This document shows, one piece after another, positions 1 to 8,246 of a DNA stretch of 32,000 nt. This DNA is from Nostoc sp. PCC 7120 = FACHB-418. Lineage in GTDB: Bacteria; Cyanobacteriota; Cyanobacteriia; Cyanobacteriales; Nostocaceae. Under the pieces are notes generated by a model. The model had not been told where the DNA came from. It searched no databases and was given only the letters and a program-made list of their open reading frames with translations. Position 1 is the stretch's first letter, and each line of letters opens with the position of its first letter. Position numbers and translations under genes: made by a program. The stretch is taken from the NCBI RefSeq assembly GCF_000009705.1, contig NC_003272.1, positions 2,610,001-2,642,000 on the forward strand, given 5' to 3'.

Positions 1-844
1 CTTGAATTTGAATTGCACCACCACTATCTTGCATGGGGATACTACCAGTATTAACTAAAGTTCCAGCCGCAAGCCTGATATCTCCAAAATTTTGTACACC
101 TGAATATCCAGCAGCGTAAGCATCATCAACTTGGCTGAGGCTGACAAAACCACCTCCAGTAACGCTACCTAGCTCAACTCTCCCCCCTGGCGCTTCCAAA
201 AGACTACTTTCTAATAATAAATTCCCACCGATTAATCCTAAAGTTCTGCCATTTCCTACTTGCAATCCCAAAGGTAAATCAGCAACAATCGGCTGTTCAA
301 TATTTCCCGGACTATCACCAAATTGTAACCCTACAGGAACATTTACTGTTAATAAAGAAGTATTATTATTAGTAGTTGCATTAAATTCTAACCCATCAGC
401 AAACTTGATACTATTTGCAGTCGTCGCCACAAAAGAACCACCAATATTTAAACTAGCATTTGCCCCAAAAATTATGCCCTGGGGATTAATCAAAAACAAA
501 TTAGCTCTACTACCTGAGGCGGCTGTAATCAAACCATCAATATAACTATGTGAGCCACCAGTAATTCTAGTAATAATGTTTCGCACTGCCAAATTGTGGT
601 TAAAAATAGCAACATTTCCTGTAACATTGCTAGTTAAAACAGAAAAAGAAAATTCCCTAAAACTATGAAATAAATTTTCTCCCCTTTGAGTACCTCCCTC
701 AATTACTCGGATGTTCCCTACAGGTCTAACAATAGAGTTAGTAGGAAGCGTATCATCAGGAATAATTTCTGCTTTTGCGGCTGTAAAGTTTAATAAACAT
801 AATGAAATACTGATGTTCCCGATTAAAAACTTAAATTTGGCCAT
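1..844 (-). CDS. Filamentous-haemagglutinin-type (TPS / haemagglutination-activity domain) exoprotein, N-terminal part only; the gene runs off the window start
   Basis: Absent from the ORF track because it is truncated by the window edge. Minus-strand translation from ATG 844..842 gives MAKFKFLIGNISISLCLLNFTAAKAEIIPDDTLPTNSIV...EGGTQRGENLFHSFREFSF...NLFLINPQGIIFGANASLNIGGSFVATTANSIKFADG. This shows a signal peptide plus the NLFHSF, INPxGIxFG and GGSFxxTT motifs typical of TpsA secretion domains. Confidence 0.8.
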   Translation of the reverse strand, partial: MAKFKFLIGNISISLCLLNFTAAKAEIIPDDTLPTNSIVRPVGNIRVIEGGTQRGENLFHSFREFSFSVLTSNVTGNVAIFNHNLAVRNIITRITGGSHSYIDGLITAASGSRANLFLINPQGIIFGANASLNIGGSFVATTANSIKFADGLEFNATTNNNTSLLTVNVPVGLQFGDSPGNIEQPIVADLPLGLQVGNGRTLGLIGGNLLLESSLLEAPGGRVELGSVTGGGFVSLSQVDDAYAAGYSGVQNFGDIRLAAGTLVNTGSIPMQDSGGAIQIQ

Positions 845-901
845 ATTTTTCACAAAATCAAATAAGAATAATTACAACTAATATCTGATTTGTGTGAAAA
901 A

Positions 902-914
902 AAACGGACTTTAT
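902..914 (-). promoter_or_regulatory. Single copy of the AAAGTCCGTTT box (the motif found downstream of each AraC gene), upstream of the TPS exoprotein gene
   Basis: The plus strand reads aaacggactttat, which is the reverse complement of ATAAAGTCCGTTT. This is an exact 13-nt match to 14765..14777. It lies about 60-70 nt upstream of the ATG at 844 on the gene strand. Confidence 0.35.
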
Positions 915-1113
915 TTTAGGGTTATTTATATTTTTTAAATCAATTATTTATAAGAGGATGTTTGCAAAGTTACTCTCTCTCTACAATTTTTGTCCTGTAC
1001 TTAGTACTGGCCATTGCTTCTTGATACGTAGATAGTAGCTTTTGTCTCTCGAAAATTCCCCACTGAATCATTTAGAATATATCAACAAACATATGATTTA
1101 CAAAAATAACACT

Positions 1114-1350
1114 ATGAGCAGTAACCTCTTACAACGCATTACCTACAATCCCGAAATTTGTCACGGCAAGCCTTGTATAAGAGGACTTCGTTATCCTGTA
1201 GAATTGATTCTGGAATTACTTAGCGCAGGCATGACACCAGATGAAATCTTAGCAGATTATGACGATTTAGAGCGGGAAGATATTTTTGCGGCTCTGCAAT
1301 TTGCTGTGCGTCTTAGCCAAGTTAAAAGTATACATAAAATTGCTTCATGA
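1114..1350 (+). CDS. DUF433-family protein (putative antitoxin of a DUF433/DUF5615 pair)
   Basis: ITYNPEICHGKPCIRGLRYPVELILELLSAGMTPDEILADYDDLEREDIFAALQFA matches the DUF433 core. I prefer the ATG at 1114 over the TTG at 1042 used by the ORF track. The stop overlaps the next gene start (ATGA at 1347). Confidence 0.75.
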   Translation: MSSNLLQRITYNPEICHGKPCIRGLRYPVELILELLSAGMTPDEILADYDDLEREDIFAALQFAVRLSQVKSIHKIAS

Positions 1351-1700
1351 GATTTCTGGTTGATTCTCAATTACCTGCTCGACTTGCTCGATTCCTAGAA
1401 TTTGCGGGTTATGACACAATTCATACAAGAGATTTGCCTAATCGAAATGCTACATCAGATATAGAAATTAACGCGATATCAATACGAGATGAGCGCATAT
1501 TAATTACGAAGGATTCTGATTTTTTAAATTCTTTTTTAACGATTCAAAAACCGTTTAAATTATTACTTATAACAACAGGTAATATTAACAACTTAGAATT
1601 AGAAGCATTATTTGCAGCTAACTTAAAAGCTTTGGTCGAATTATTTGAGAGTCACTCCTATATTGAAATGAGTCGTGATTCAATTATTGCTCACCTGTAA
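1347..1700 (+). CDS. DUF5615 (Mut7-C / PIN-like) protein, putative toxin partner of DUF433
   Basis: MRFLVDSQLPARLARFLEFAGYDTIHTRDL...SDIEI...RILITKDSDF is the typical DUF5615 layout. The 4-nt overlap with the upstream DUF433 gene suggests translational coupling. Confidence 0.7.
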   Translation: MRFLVDSQLPARLARFLEFAGYDTIHTRDLPNRNATSDIEINAISIRDERILITKDSDFLNSFLTIQKPFKLLLITTGNINNLELEALFAANLKALVELFESHSYIEMSRDSIIAHL

Positions 1701-1962
1701 TTAAAACTGTACCTGTGTACACTGTTAGTCCATCTAAACGAGACGCACTACCAGAGAGAAACTTGTAGAAGTAATGTTGTAAACCTTGTGCGATCGCAAT
1801 AGAAATTATAATCCAGAAACCAAGGCTATCAGACAGACGAAAAAAAATCTCGCTCGATAAAAACCCTAGTAGGACTTTCACTGCTTATATCTTGAGAAAA
1901 TTTGAGCAGCGACTTAGAGCGATCGCGTCATAACCTGACACCCAAACAACTATACAGAACTA

Positions 1963-1984
1963 TTGATAAATACTATCATTAAGG
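1963..1984 (+). promoter_or_regulatory. Fur-box-like / conserved promoter motif upstream of AraC gene 1
   Basis: TTGATAAATACTATCATTAAGG recurs as TTGCGAAATAGTATCATTAAGT (8196..8217) and TTGAGAAATAATATTATTAATT (13723..13744), each upstream of an AraC paralogue. The core GATAAATACTATCATTAAG matches 13/19 positions of the classical Fur box GATAATGATAATCATTATC. Confidence 0.4.
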
Positions 1985-2057
1985 TAGTTACTTAATTACC
2001 CCTCCCTAAATTCATAACCAAAAAGTCAATTGATAACTGCCCACTAAAATATTGCTT

Positions 2058-3053
2058 ATGACCATTACCCTAACCCTAGCGGAAGAAGAAGAACTATATG
2101 CACAGGCAGCGCAAAACAGTATATATAAATCTGCGTTGCCATTCTTTGAATCTTGGAGCGAAATACCCAAGCAACTCGGTAAAGGCTATATACAATGGAT
2201 TGAGGTATATCCCGAACTTTGGTTAAAAATAGAGGAATATCAATATAGTGATGATGTCATATTTCAATACCCGGAATCAGAGCATCCTTTGCAATTTAGT
2301 GTTTTGACTTCAGGGATATGTAGAGATAATTTTGGGCAAGTGGGAGGCGGTTATACAGCAATTTCTGGCGGCGGAATCCAACCTTCTAAGAATATTTTTT
2401 ACACTAAATCCCAGAAAATTGTCTCCGTTGACATCCAGATGCCACCGCAATTACTGGCGACTTTTTTCCCTGGTCAGGATGGAGAAATTCCTCCCGAATT
2501 GACAATATTTGCCAAGGGTGAAGATTGGCAAACACTAATTTTCCCGGAAGCGACAACGGCAGTTAATTTAGTTGCCAGGCAAATCATCAATTGTCCCTAC
2601 GAAGGAATGACGAAACGGATGTATTTGCAGGGAAAAGTCATTGAATTAATGGCACTGCAACTAGCTCCTATTCTTGCCGAACACAAGAAAAGCCAACCAT
2701 CCCCACGTTTGCGTAGAGAAACCATTGACTCTATTTATCAAGCCAGGGAAATTTTACTCTCTCGGCTAGAAAATACGCCATCATTACTGGATTTAGCGCA
2801 AACTGTAGGAGTCAGTGAAAGAACCCTTCGCAGGGGTTTTCAAGAACTATTTAACACAACGGTGTTTGGGTATTTAACTAACCAAAGAATGGAAAAAGCC
2901 GAAAAATTATTGTGCTCCGGTCAATTTCCTATCACAGAAGTGGCAATGATGGTAGGTTATTCGAGTTCATCGCATTTTACCGCAGCTTTCAAGCGTCAAT
3001 TTGGCATTACCCCTAGAGAATGCGCGGCTGGTAAATTGTCCGTTTGGCGATAA
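2058..3053 (+). CDS. AraC-family transcriptional regulator, PchR/siderophore-responsive type (cassette 1)
   Basis: The C-terminal double HTH reads LLDLAQTVGVSERTLRRGFQELFNTTVFGYLTNQRMEKAEKLL...VAMMVGYSSSSHFTAAFKRQFGITP. It sits directly upstream of a TonB-dependent receptor. I prefer the ATG at 2058 to the TTG at 2052. Confidence 0.85.
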   Translation: MTITLTLAEEEELYAQAAQNSIYKSALPFFESWSEIPKQLGKGYIQWIEVYPELWLKIEEYQYSDDVIFQYPESEHPLQFSVLTSGICRDNFGQVGGGYTAISGGGIQPSKNIFYTKSQKIVSVDIQMPPQLLATFFPGQDGEIPPELTIFAKGEDWQTLIFPEATTAVNLVARQIINCPYEGMTKRMYLQGKVIELMALQLAPILAEHKKSQPSPRLRRETIDSIYQAREILLSRLENTPSLLDLAQTVGVSERTLRRGFQELFNTTVFGYLTNQRMEKAEKLLCSGQFPITEVAMMVGYSSSSHFTAAFKRQFGITPRECAAGKLSVWR

Positions 3054-3075
3054 TAATTGCCGTTTGATGATAGAT
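3038..3075 (+). promoter_or_regulatory. Tandem direct-repeat box (GTCCGTTTGGCGATAA / TGCCGTTTGATGATAG) spanning the AraC-1 stop codon, candidate AraC operator for the TBDT-1 promoter
   Basis: CCGTTT occurs twice with a 20-bp period. The same arrangement occurs at the 3' end of AraC-2 (19-bp period) and just after AraC-3 (21-bp period). Confidence 0.45.
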
Positions 3076-3233
3076 TTTGCAGCTAACTCTCTTTTATACT
3101 CGGCGTTACCCAAGTTAATAATCTTTCGCAATAATTGTTGATTTTAGTTATTTAGTAAAGGATTAAGCAATTGAGGCTGAAGCTGGGTAGATTCCTTTGG
3201 TGGGGATGTGAGGAGTATCAATAGGGAGTAATT

Positions 3234-5825
3234 ATGAAGCGTTGCGACTTGACCGCAGGTATTCGTTTGTGGCTTTTTGTGAGTATTTGGGCATATTTGG
3301 CACAACCGGGATTAGCCGAGGAAAAGATACTCGATATACCCCAACTAGGAAACATAGACTTTCCTGCAACTAGCGCAAAATTATTGGTGCAAAAACCATC
3401 ACCAACCAATCCACCTGCAACAAGTGGCGAAGTTATTGGTATTACAGGAGTAAAAGCCAACCCCACCGAGAAGGGTGTGGAGGTGATTTTAGAGACAACC
3501 GCAGGGGATAAACTACAAGTTGCTAACCGCAGTACGGGGAATAATTTCATTGCAGATATCACTGGTGGGCAGTTAAGTTTACCTGATGGCAATGCTTTCA
3601 CCTTTAAGTCAGAAAAACCCATCGAGGGAATTACAGAAATTATAGTTACAAATATTGATGCGAATACGGTGCGGGTAACGGTGGTTGGTCAGAAAGCGTT
3701 ACCTGCGGTTGAGTTATTTGATGATAATACGGGGTTGATTTTTACCGTTGCATCTATGGCGACAACAGCCCAAAAACCAGAAGAAAAACCGGAGGAACAA
3801 CCCGCAGCGCAGCAGGATGACCCGATTGAGTTGGTGGTAACGGGGGAAGCAGATAGTTATCGTGTACCCAATGCAAGTGCAGCGACGCGGACAGATACAC
3901 CATTGCGGGACATTCCCCAGTCGATTCAGGTTGTACCGCAACAGGTACTCAAAGATCAGCAAGTTAATACCCTAAACGAAGCACTCCAAAATGTTAGCGG
4001 TGTGATTCAAACAGCTTCTAATTACTCTCAGTTTGCCAGTTTCACAATTCGAGGATTTAATTCTTTTGACCAAGGAGGTAATAATTTTACTAGAAATGGA
4101 TTGGGCTATCGTTTTGGAAGTCAAGGCACAAATTTTTCTAATATTGAACGCATAGAAGTTCTCAGAGGCCCTGGTTCAGTTTTATTTGGTAGTGGTAATC
4201 CTGGTGGTACTATCAATATTGTGACAAAACAACCACTAAGTGAACCTTTCTACTCTGTGGAAGCTGCAATTGGTAGCTATGATTTTTATCGAGGTGCAAT
4301 TGATTTATCTGGCCCGTTAGATGATTCTAAAACAGCACTGTATAGACTGAATGCGTCCTACGAGAAAGCGGATAACTTTGTCGATTTTAATGATCGAGAG
4401 AATTTTTCTGTTGCATCAACTTTGAGCTTTGCCCTTGGTGAAAATACAACTTTGACCCTAGACCAAGAATACAATAAGGTCAATCAGGGTTATTACAATG
4501 GTGTCCCGGCTGTTGGTACTGTGTTGCCTAATCTCAACGGCAGGATACCTCGTAACCGCAGCATTGGACAAGCAGATAGCACTTATAGCCCAGAAATTGT
4601 GAGAGTTGGGTACAACTTAGAGCATAAATTCAGTGAAGATTGGCTGTTGCGAAATGCCTTTTACTATTCACACTTTTACAATAAAACTAGAGATACTTAC
4701 TTCGCTAATGCTCTCGATCCTGACCAAAGAACATTACAGCGTGGTGTGCAAGATGCTGATGATAGGTATCAAACCTATGACCTCAGCACAAATGTTGTCG
4801 GTAAATTTTCCACCGGTTCTATCAAGCATCAACTTCTATTTGGTGTCGATTTGAGCAGATACGATCAATATCAGTCAGAATATGAGGGACGAACTGGTAC
4901 ACCGCTCGATCTTTTCAACCCAGATTATCGCCCAGAGAGGTTTGAGGTACTTTTTGCTGGTAACGAAGCTACATTAACAGATTCTTTGGGTGTCTACATT
5001 CAGGATCAAGTAACATTCGCGGAAAATTTTAAGTTACTTCTTGGTGGTCGATTTGATATCTTTGAGCAGACAAAAACAGATCGTCTCAGCAATACCGAAC
5101 AGTTTCAATCTGGAAGTGCCTTTAGTCCCCGTGTGGGAATTGTCTATCAACCCATTCCTCCTATTTCTCTGTATGCAAGTTACAGTCGCTCATTCACCCC
5201 AACTATTGGTAGAGCTTCTGATGGTGAGCAATTTGAACCAGGACGCGGTACTCAGTATGAGATAGGAGTTAAAGCAGATATTAACGAAAAACTATCTGCA
5301 ACGCTCGCTTTTTATGATCTTACTCGCTCGAATGTTACTACAAACGATCCTGCTAATCCAGAATTTTCCATTCAAACAGGGGAACAAAACAGTCGCGGTA
5401 TTGAATTAAACGTGGCGGGGGAAATACTTCCTGGATGGAACATCATTGCAGGATATGCTTATACAGATGCACGCATTACTCAAGATAATTCATTGCCAAT
5501 TGGCAATCGTTTAAACAATGTGCCAGAACATAGTTTAAGTTTATGGACGACTTATGAATTGCAAAAAGGTAATTTGCAGGGATTAGGTTTTGGACTAGGA
5601 TTGTTTTATTTGGGCGATCGCCAAGGAGATTTAGCAAATAGCTTTAATTTACCTAGCTATCTTCGCACCGATGCGGCTATTTTTTACAAACGCGATCGCT
5701 TTAGGGCTGCACTTAACATCAGGAATTTATTTGATCTGAAGTATTTTGAGTCAGCTTATTCTGATTTAACAGTTTATCCAGCAGAACCTTTAACTTTACA
5801 AGGGACAGTTTCATGGCAGTTTTAA
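3234..5825 (+). CDS. TonB-dependent siderophore receptor with AMIN-like N-terminal extension (cassette 1)
   Basis: 863 aa. It has a signal peptide, an N-terminal module GVKANPTEKGVEVILETTAGDKLQ...VRVTVVG, a P/E-rich linker, a TonB-box-like DPIELVVTGE, a plug (IERIEVLRGPGSVLFG...GGTINIVTK) and a barrel ending in the aromatic terminus TVSWQF. AGGGAG lies 6 nt upstream of the ATG. Confidence 0.9.
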   Translation: MKRCDLTAGIRLWLFVSIWAYLAQPGLAEEKILDIPQLGNIDFPATSAKLLVQKPSPTNPPATSGEVIGITGVKANPTEKGVEVILETTAGDKLQVANRSTGNNFIADITGGQLSLPDGNAFTFKSEKPIEGITEIIVTNIDANTVRVTVVGQKALPAVELFDDNTGLIFTVASMATTAQKPEEKPEEQPAAQQDDPIELVVTGEADSYRVPNASAATRTDTPLRDIPQSIQVVPQQVLKDQQVNTLNEALQNVSGVIQTASNYSQFASFTIRGFNSFDQGGNNFTRNGLGYRFGSQGTNFSNIERIEVLRGPGSVLFGSGNPGGTINIVTKQPLSEPFYSVEAAIGSYDFYRGAIDLSGPLDDSKTALYRLNASYEKADNFVDFNDRENFSVASTLSFALGENTTLTLDQEYNKVNQGYYNGVPAVGTVLPNLNGRIPRNRSIGQADSTYSPEIVRVGYNLEHKFSEDWLLRNAFYYSHFYNKTRDTYFANALDPDQRTLQRGVQDADDRYQTYDLSTNVVGKFSTGSIKHQLLFGVDLSRYDQYQSEYEGRTGTPLDLFNPDYRPERFEVLFAGNEATLTDSLGVYIQDQVTFAENFKLLLGGRFDIFEQTKTDRLSNTEQFQSGSAFSPRVGIVYQPIPPISLYASYSRSFTPTIGRASDGEQFEPGRGTQYEIGVKADINEKLSATLAFYDLTRSNVTTNDPANPEFSIQTGEQNSRGIELNVAGEILPGWNIIAGYAYTDARITQDNSLPIGNRLNNVPEHSLSLWTTYELQKGNLQGLGFGLGLFYLGDRQGDLANSFNLPSYLRTDAAIFYKRDRFRAALNIRNLFDLKYFESAYSDLTVYPAEPLTLQGTVSWQF

Positions 5826-5953
5826 TACTTAGAGGTGCTTGAGAATGACTTTAAGCTATTGATTTTTCTCTAGAATCTGCTGGGGATGATGTCAAAAACA
5901 AATTAATATCATCCCACAAGCATTTTATCTTTAAACTTGTCACAAAGAGCGTA

Positions 5954-6922
5954 ATGGGAAATCAGCTATGTCGTCTAAATAAGCCATTTTTAATCATGGC
6001 TATTTCCTTACTTTTAATTACTGCTTGTTATCAACCTGTTATCCAAAAACCTCATATTTCCCAACAGCATCCTGTGGAGTGTCGAGTTATTAAGCATGAA
6101 TTAGGTGAAACCTGTGTCCCACTTAAACCACGGCGCATTATTGCATTAGACCCAGAAAACACACTCGATCCCCTGGTAGCTCTCGGTATCAAACCGATTG
6201 GTTTTGGGTCTTATACGCACAAAGGAGAAGAATCTCTTCATGGCGTATCATTAGATGAAGTGAAAGGAGCTACGAATGTTGGAAATGCTTATCAGCCTTC
6301 ATTAGAAAAAATTTTGATGCTCAAACCCGACTTAATTTTATCGACAAATGCACATCAATATAAGTTATTAACAGCGATCGCTCCTACTGTTCCTGTACCC
6401 TACCCAAATTATACAATGCTAGTTGATCAGGCTTTCTTTAAAGAAAACCTGCGATATGTTGCTAAAATAGTTGGTAAGGAAGCAAAAGCAGAGGAAGTTT
6501 TAAATCAATACCAGATAAGAATTGAAGAATTAAAAAAACGTATAGGAAATCATCTGGAACAAGTAGAAATTTCCGTATTGTTTCATACTGGTGGTTATAT
6601 ATGGACAACCATTAAAGGTATTCAGCCAATTTCCCCAATTCTAACTGATATAGGGATACGTCATAAATTTGCACTTCCTGGTAATGGTGGGTGGAATCTC
6701 AGTATTGAAAAAATCGGTGAGTACGATTCAGATATTCTGTTTATAGTTGATGTTGACCGCAGAGGAGCAAGTTTTTATTTCCAAAATCCCATATTTAGCA
6801 GTCTGAAAGCATTCAAAAACAATCGAGTTTATTTTGTGGACAAAGTAGGATGGTATACGCTAGGTATATCAGGAGCTAATAAGACATTGGATGACTTGTT
6901 TAAATATTTGCCATACCAGTGA
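5954..6922 (+). CDS. Iron-siderophore ABC-type periplasmic substrate-binding lipoprotein (FecB/FhuD-like, cassette 1)
   Basis: It has a lipobox (LLLITAC) and the motifs PRRIIALDPENTLDPLVALGIKPIG and KPDLILS typical of cluster A-2 siderophore binding proteins. It sits immediately downstream of the receptor. Confidence 0.85.
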   Translation: MGNQLCRLNKPFLIMAISLLLITACYQPVIQKPHISQQHPVECRVIKHELGETCVPLKPRRIIALDPENTLDPLVALGIKPIGFGSYTHKGEESLHGVSLDEVKGATNVGNAYQPSLEKILMLKPDLILSTNAHQYKLLTAIAPTVPVPYPNYTMLVDQAFFKENLRYVAKIVGKEAKAEEVLNQYQIRIEELKKRIGNHLEQVEISVLFHTGGYIWTTIKGIQPISPILTDIGIRHKFALPGNGGWNLSIEKIGEYDSDILFIVDVDRRGASFYFQNPIFSSLKAFKNNRVYFVDKVGWYTLGISGANKTLDDLFKYLPYQ

Positions 6923-7023
6923 AAAAAGTAAACATTTACATCGCTTTTAGCTTTCCTAGAGTTCTTAAAAGCTACGAAAACCTCTTGATTTTGAATGCGA
7001 TCGCCAATCTTGTCACAGTGTAA

Positions 7024-7117
7024 CCCATCACCCCAACTGGATAAACACCTTGTGCGACATATCGATGAAAGCTAGAAAATGTGCGTTAATTTACAGCTTA
7101 GTGTTAGCGATCCCTGC
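7024..7117. repeat. Conserved 3' flank of the Rpn-like gene (copy A of 3)
   Basis: The segment AACTGGATAAACACCTTGTGCGA.ATA.CGATGAAA.CTAGAAA...TGCGTTA...TACAGCTTAGTG is shared with 11643..11771. The core CGATAAAAACTAGAAAATCTGCGTTAGCGTACAG is also shared with 12657..12757. Confidence 0.7.
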
Positions 7118-8002
7118 TTAAGAATTAGCATCCAACCCCGACAACCAAGCATCTAAATCAGCCATGCTGGTAAAATCAAGCAACGCCTCACCGAGATTTT
7201 CCAATTGTTCCAACGAAAGGGATTCAACCTGCGATCGCACTTCCTGCGGTAACATCCCTACACGTCGATTTAATTGACGCAAAACGAGCGATTTTTCTCC
7301 TTCTTCCCTTCCTTCCTCCCTTCCTTCTTCCCTTCCTTCTTCCCTTCCTTCTTCCTTGATTTCGCGGTAAACCCGTGTTTCTTTGAGTGTAATTCCTAAC
7401 ATCTCTTCGACCTCCCGTCGGCTTTTACCTTCAAATTTATAAACCATGATTGTCGTCAATAAATCTATGATGGCACGATTTTCTGGTTGAGGTACTTCCT
7501 GTTGACTTCTTGCTAGTAAGTATCTTGCTTCTTCGGTTGCACGATTTTCTTCCAGGGTAGTCAACACCATCAACCCAACCCACACAGGTAAAGAACGAAT
7601 ATCTCCTAACTCATCTAAATATATCCGATGTACCTGGGGGCTATTAAGTTGACTCAGGTAAGGACTAATATCAGTTTGTTCTAAGCTGTGGGATGGGTAA
7701 ATGATGACGATTTGTAAATTGCTAAACCTGTCACGGTTGCGATAAAAGTACAGATAGGTTTCTGCAAACACCCTTTCGTATAGTCTTTCATCCCGTTGAA
7801 ACTGCACCTCACAGAAGTAAACAACCCCAGGATTTTGATTTTGTGGAGGTAAAAATACACCGTCAATTTCAAATTTAGGCTCTTTAACAGCTACCGAATC
7901 AAATATATATTCATCTGCATTACTTGGTGGATTTGTCAATAACTCAAATAACAAACTGGGAGATTGTTGAAATAGTTTATAAAATATCGAATCTCGACGC
8001 AT
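7118..8002 (-). CDS. Rpn-family recombination-promoting nuclease / putative transposase-like protein (PD-(D/E)XK N-terminus, DUF4351 C-terminus), copy 1
   Basis: MRRDSIFYKLFQQSPSLLFELL...KFEIDGVFLPP...VYFCEVQFQRDERLYERVFAE...C-terminal LSLEQLENLGEALLDFTSMADLDAWL. It is about 90 percent identical by eye to 12758..13603. I prefer the ATG at 8002, which matches the start of the paralogue. Confidence 0.75.
   Translation of the reverse strand: MRRDSIFYKLFQQSPSLLFELLTNPPSNADEYIFDSVAVKEPKFEIDGVFLPPQNQNPGVVYFCEVQFQRDERLYERVFAETYLYFYRNRDRFSNLQIVIIYPSHSLEQTDISPYLSQLNSPQVHRIYLDELGDIRSLPVWVGLMVLTTLEENRATEEARYLLARSQQEVPQPENRAIIDLLTTIMVYKFEGKSRREVEEMLGITLKETRVYREIKEEGREEGREEGREEGREEGEKSLVLRQLNRRVGMLPQEVRSQVESLSLEQLENLGEALLDFTSMADLDAWLSGLDANS
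7298..7354. repeat. 12-bp coding tandem repeat, about 4.75 units, encoding (EEGR)5 in Rpn-like copy 1
   Basis: The plus strand reads tcc ttc ttc cct repeated, which is GAA GAA GGA AGG on the gene strand. Paralogue 12758..13603 has a single EEGR unit at the same place. Confidence 0.85.
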
Positions 8003-8195
8003 GGAAGATTGGCTTAAACCTGGGGGCATTTTAGCAGCAAATAGATGTTTAGCGATACGCGTTAGCTTCGCTACACTGCGTAAACGCGCAGCGTGTCCAT
8101 TGGCAAAGCCGCCAAAAAAGGGCTAGGACTTAGCGTCAAGCCTCCGGCTTATGCACACCAAGCAACAGAGTCGCCTAACTAACTTTCCTTATTAA

Positions 8196-8217
8196 TTGCG
8201 AAATAGTATCATTAAGT
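8196..8217 (+). promoter_or_regulatory. Fur-box-like / conserved promoter motif upstream of AraC gene 2
   Basis: TTGCGAAATAGTATCATTAAGT; see 1963..1984. It lies inside the TTG-extended ORF call but upstream of the preferred ATG at 8247. Confidence 0.4.
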
Positions 8218-8246
8218 TGAACTACTTCAGCAGTAATCATGGCACT

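Noticed and set aside
1684-1881. A 65-aa minus-strand ORF overlapping the end of the DUF5615 gene.
   Set aside because: It has no ribosome-binding site or recognisable family, and it converges on and overlaps a supported gene. It could be a membrane-peptide remnant, but I cannot support it.
3218-3962. Minus-strand ORFs 3218..3622 (134 aa) and 3714..3962 (82 aa), plus plus-strand internal ORFs 4633..4854 and 5041..5265.
   Set aside because: They lie entirely inside the well-supported TBDT-1 coding sequence in other frames or on the other strand. Their translations are low-complexity or Cys/Arg-rich with no recognisable motifs. They are shadow ORFs.
5826-5953. The hairpin GGGATGAT(20 nt)ATCATCCC after TBDT-1, considered as a terminator.
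   Set aside because: It has a large loop and no U-tract, and the downstream binding-protein gene is probably co-transcribed. It is too weak to call.
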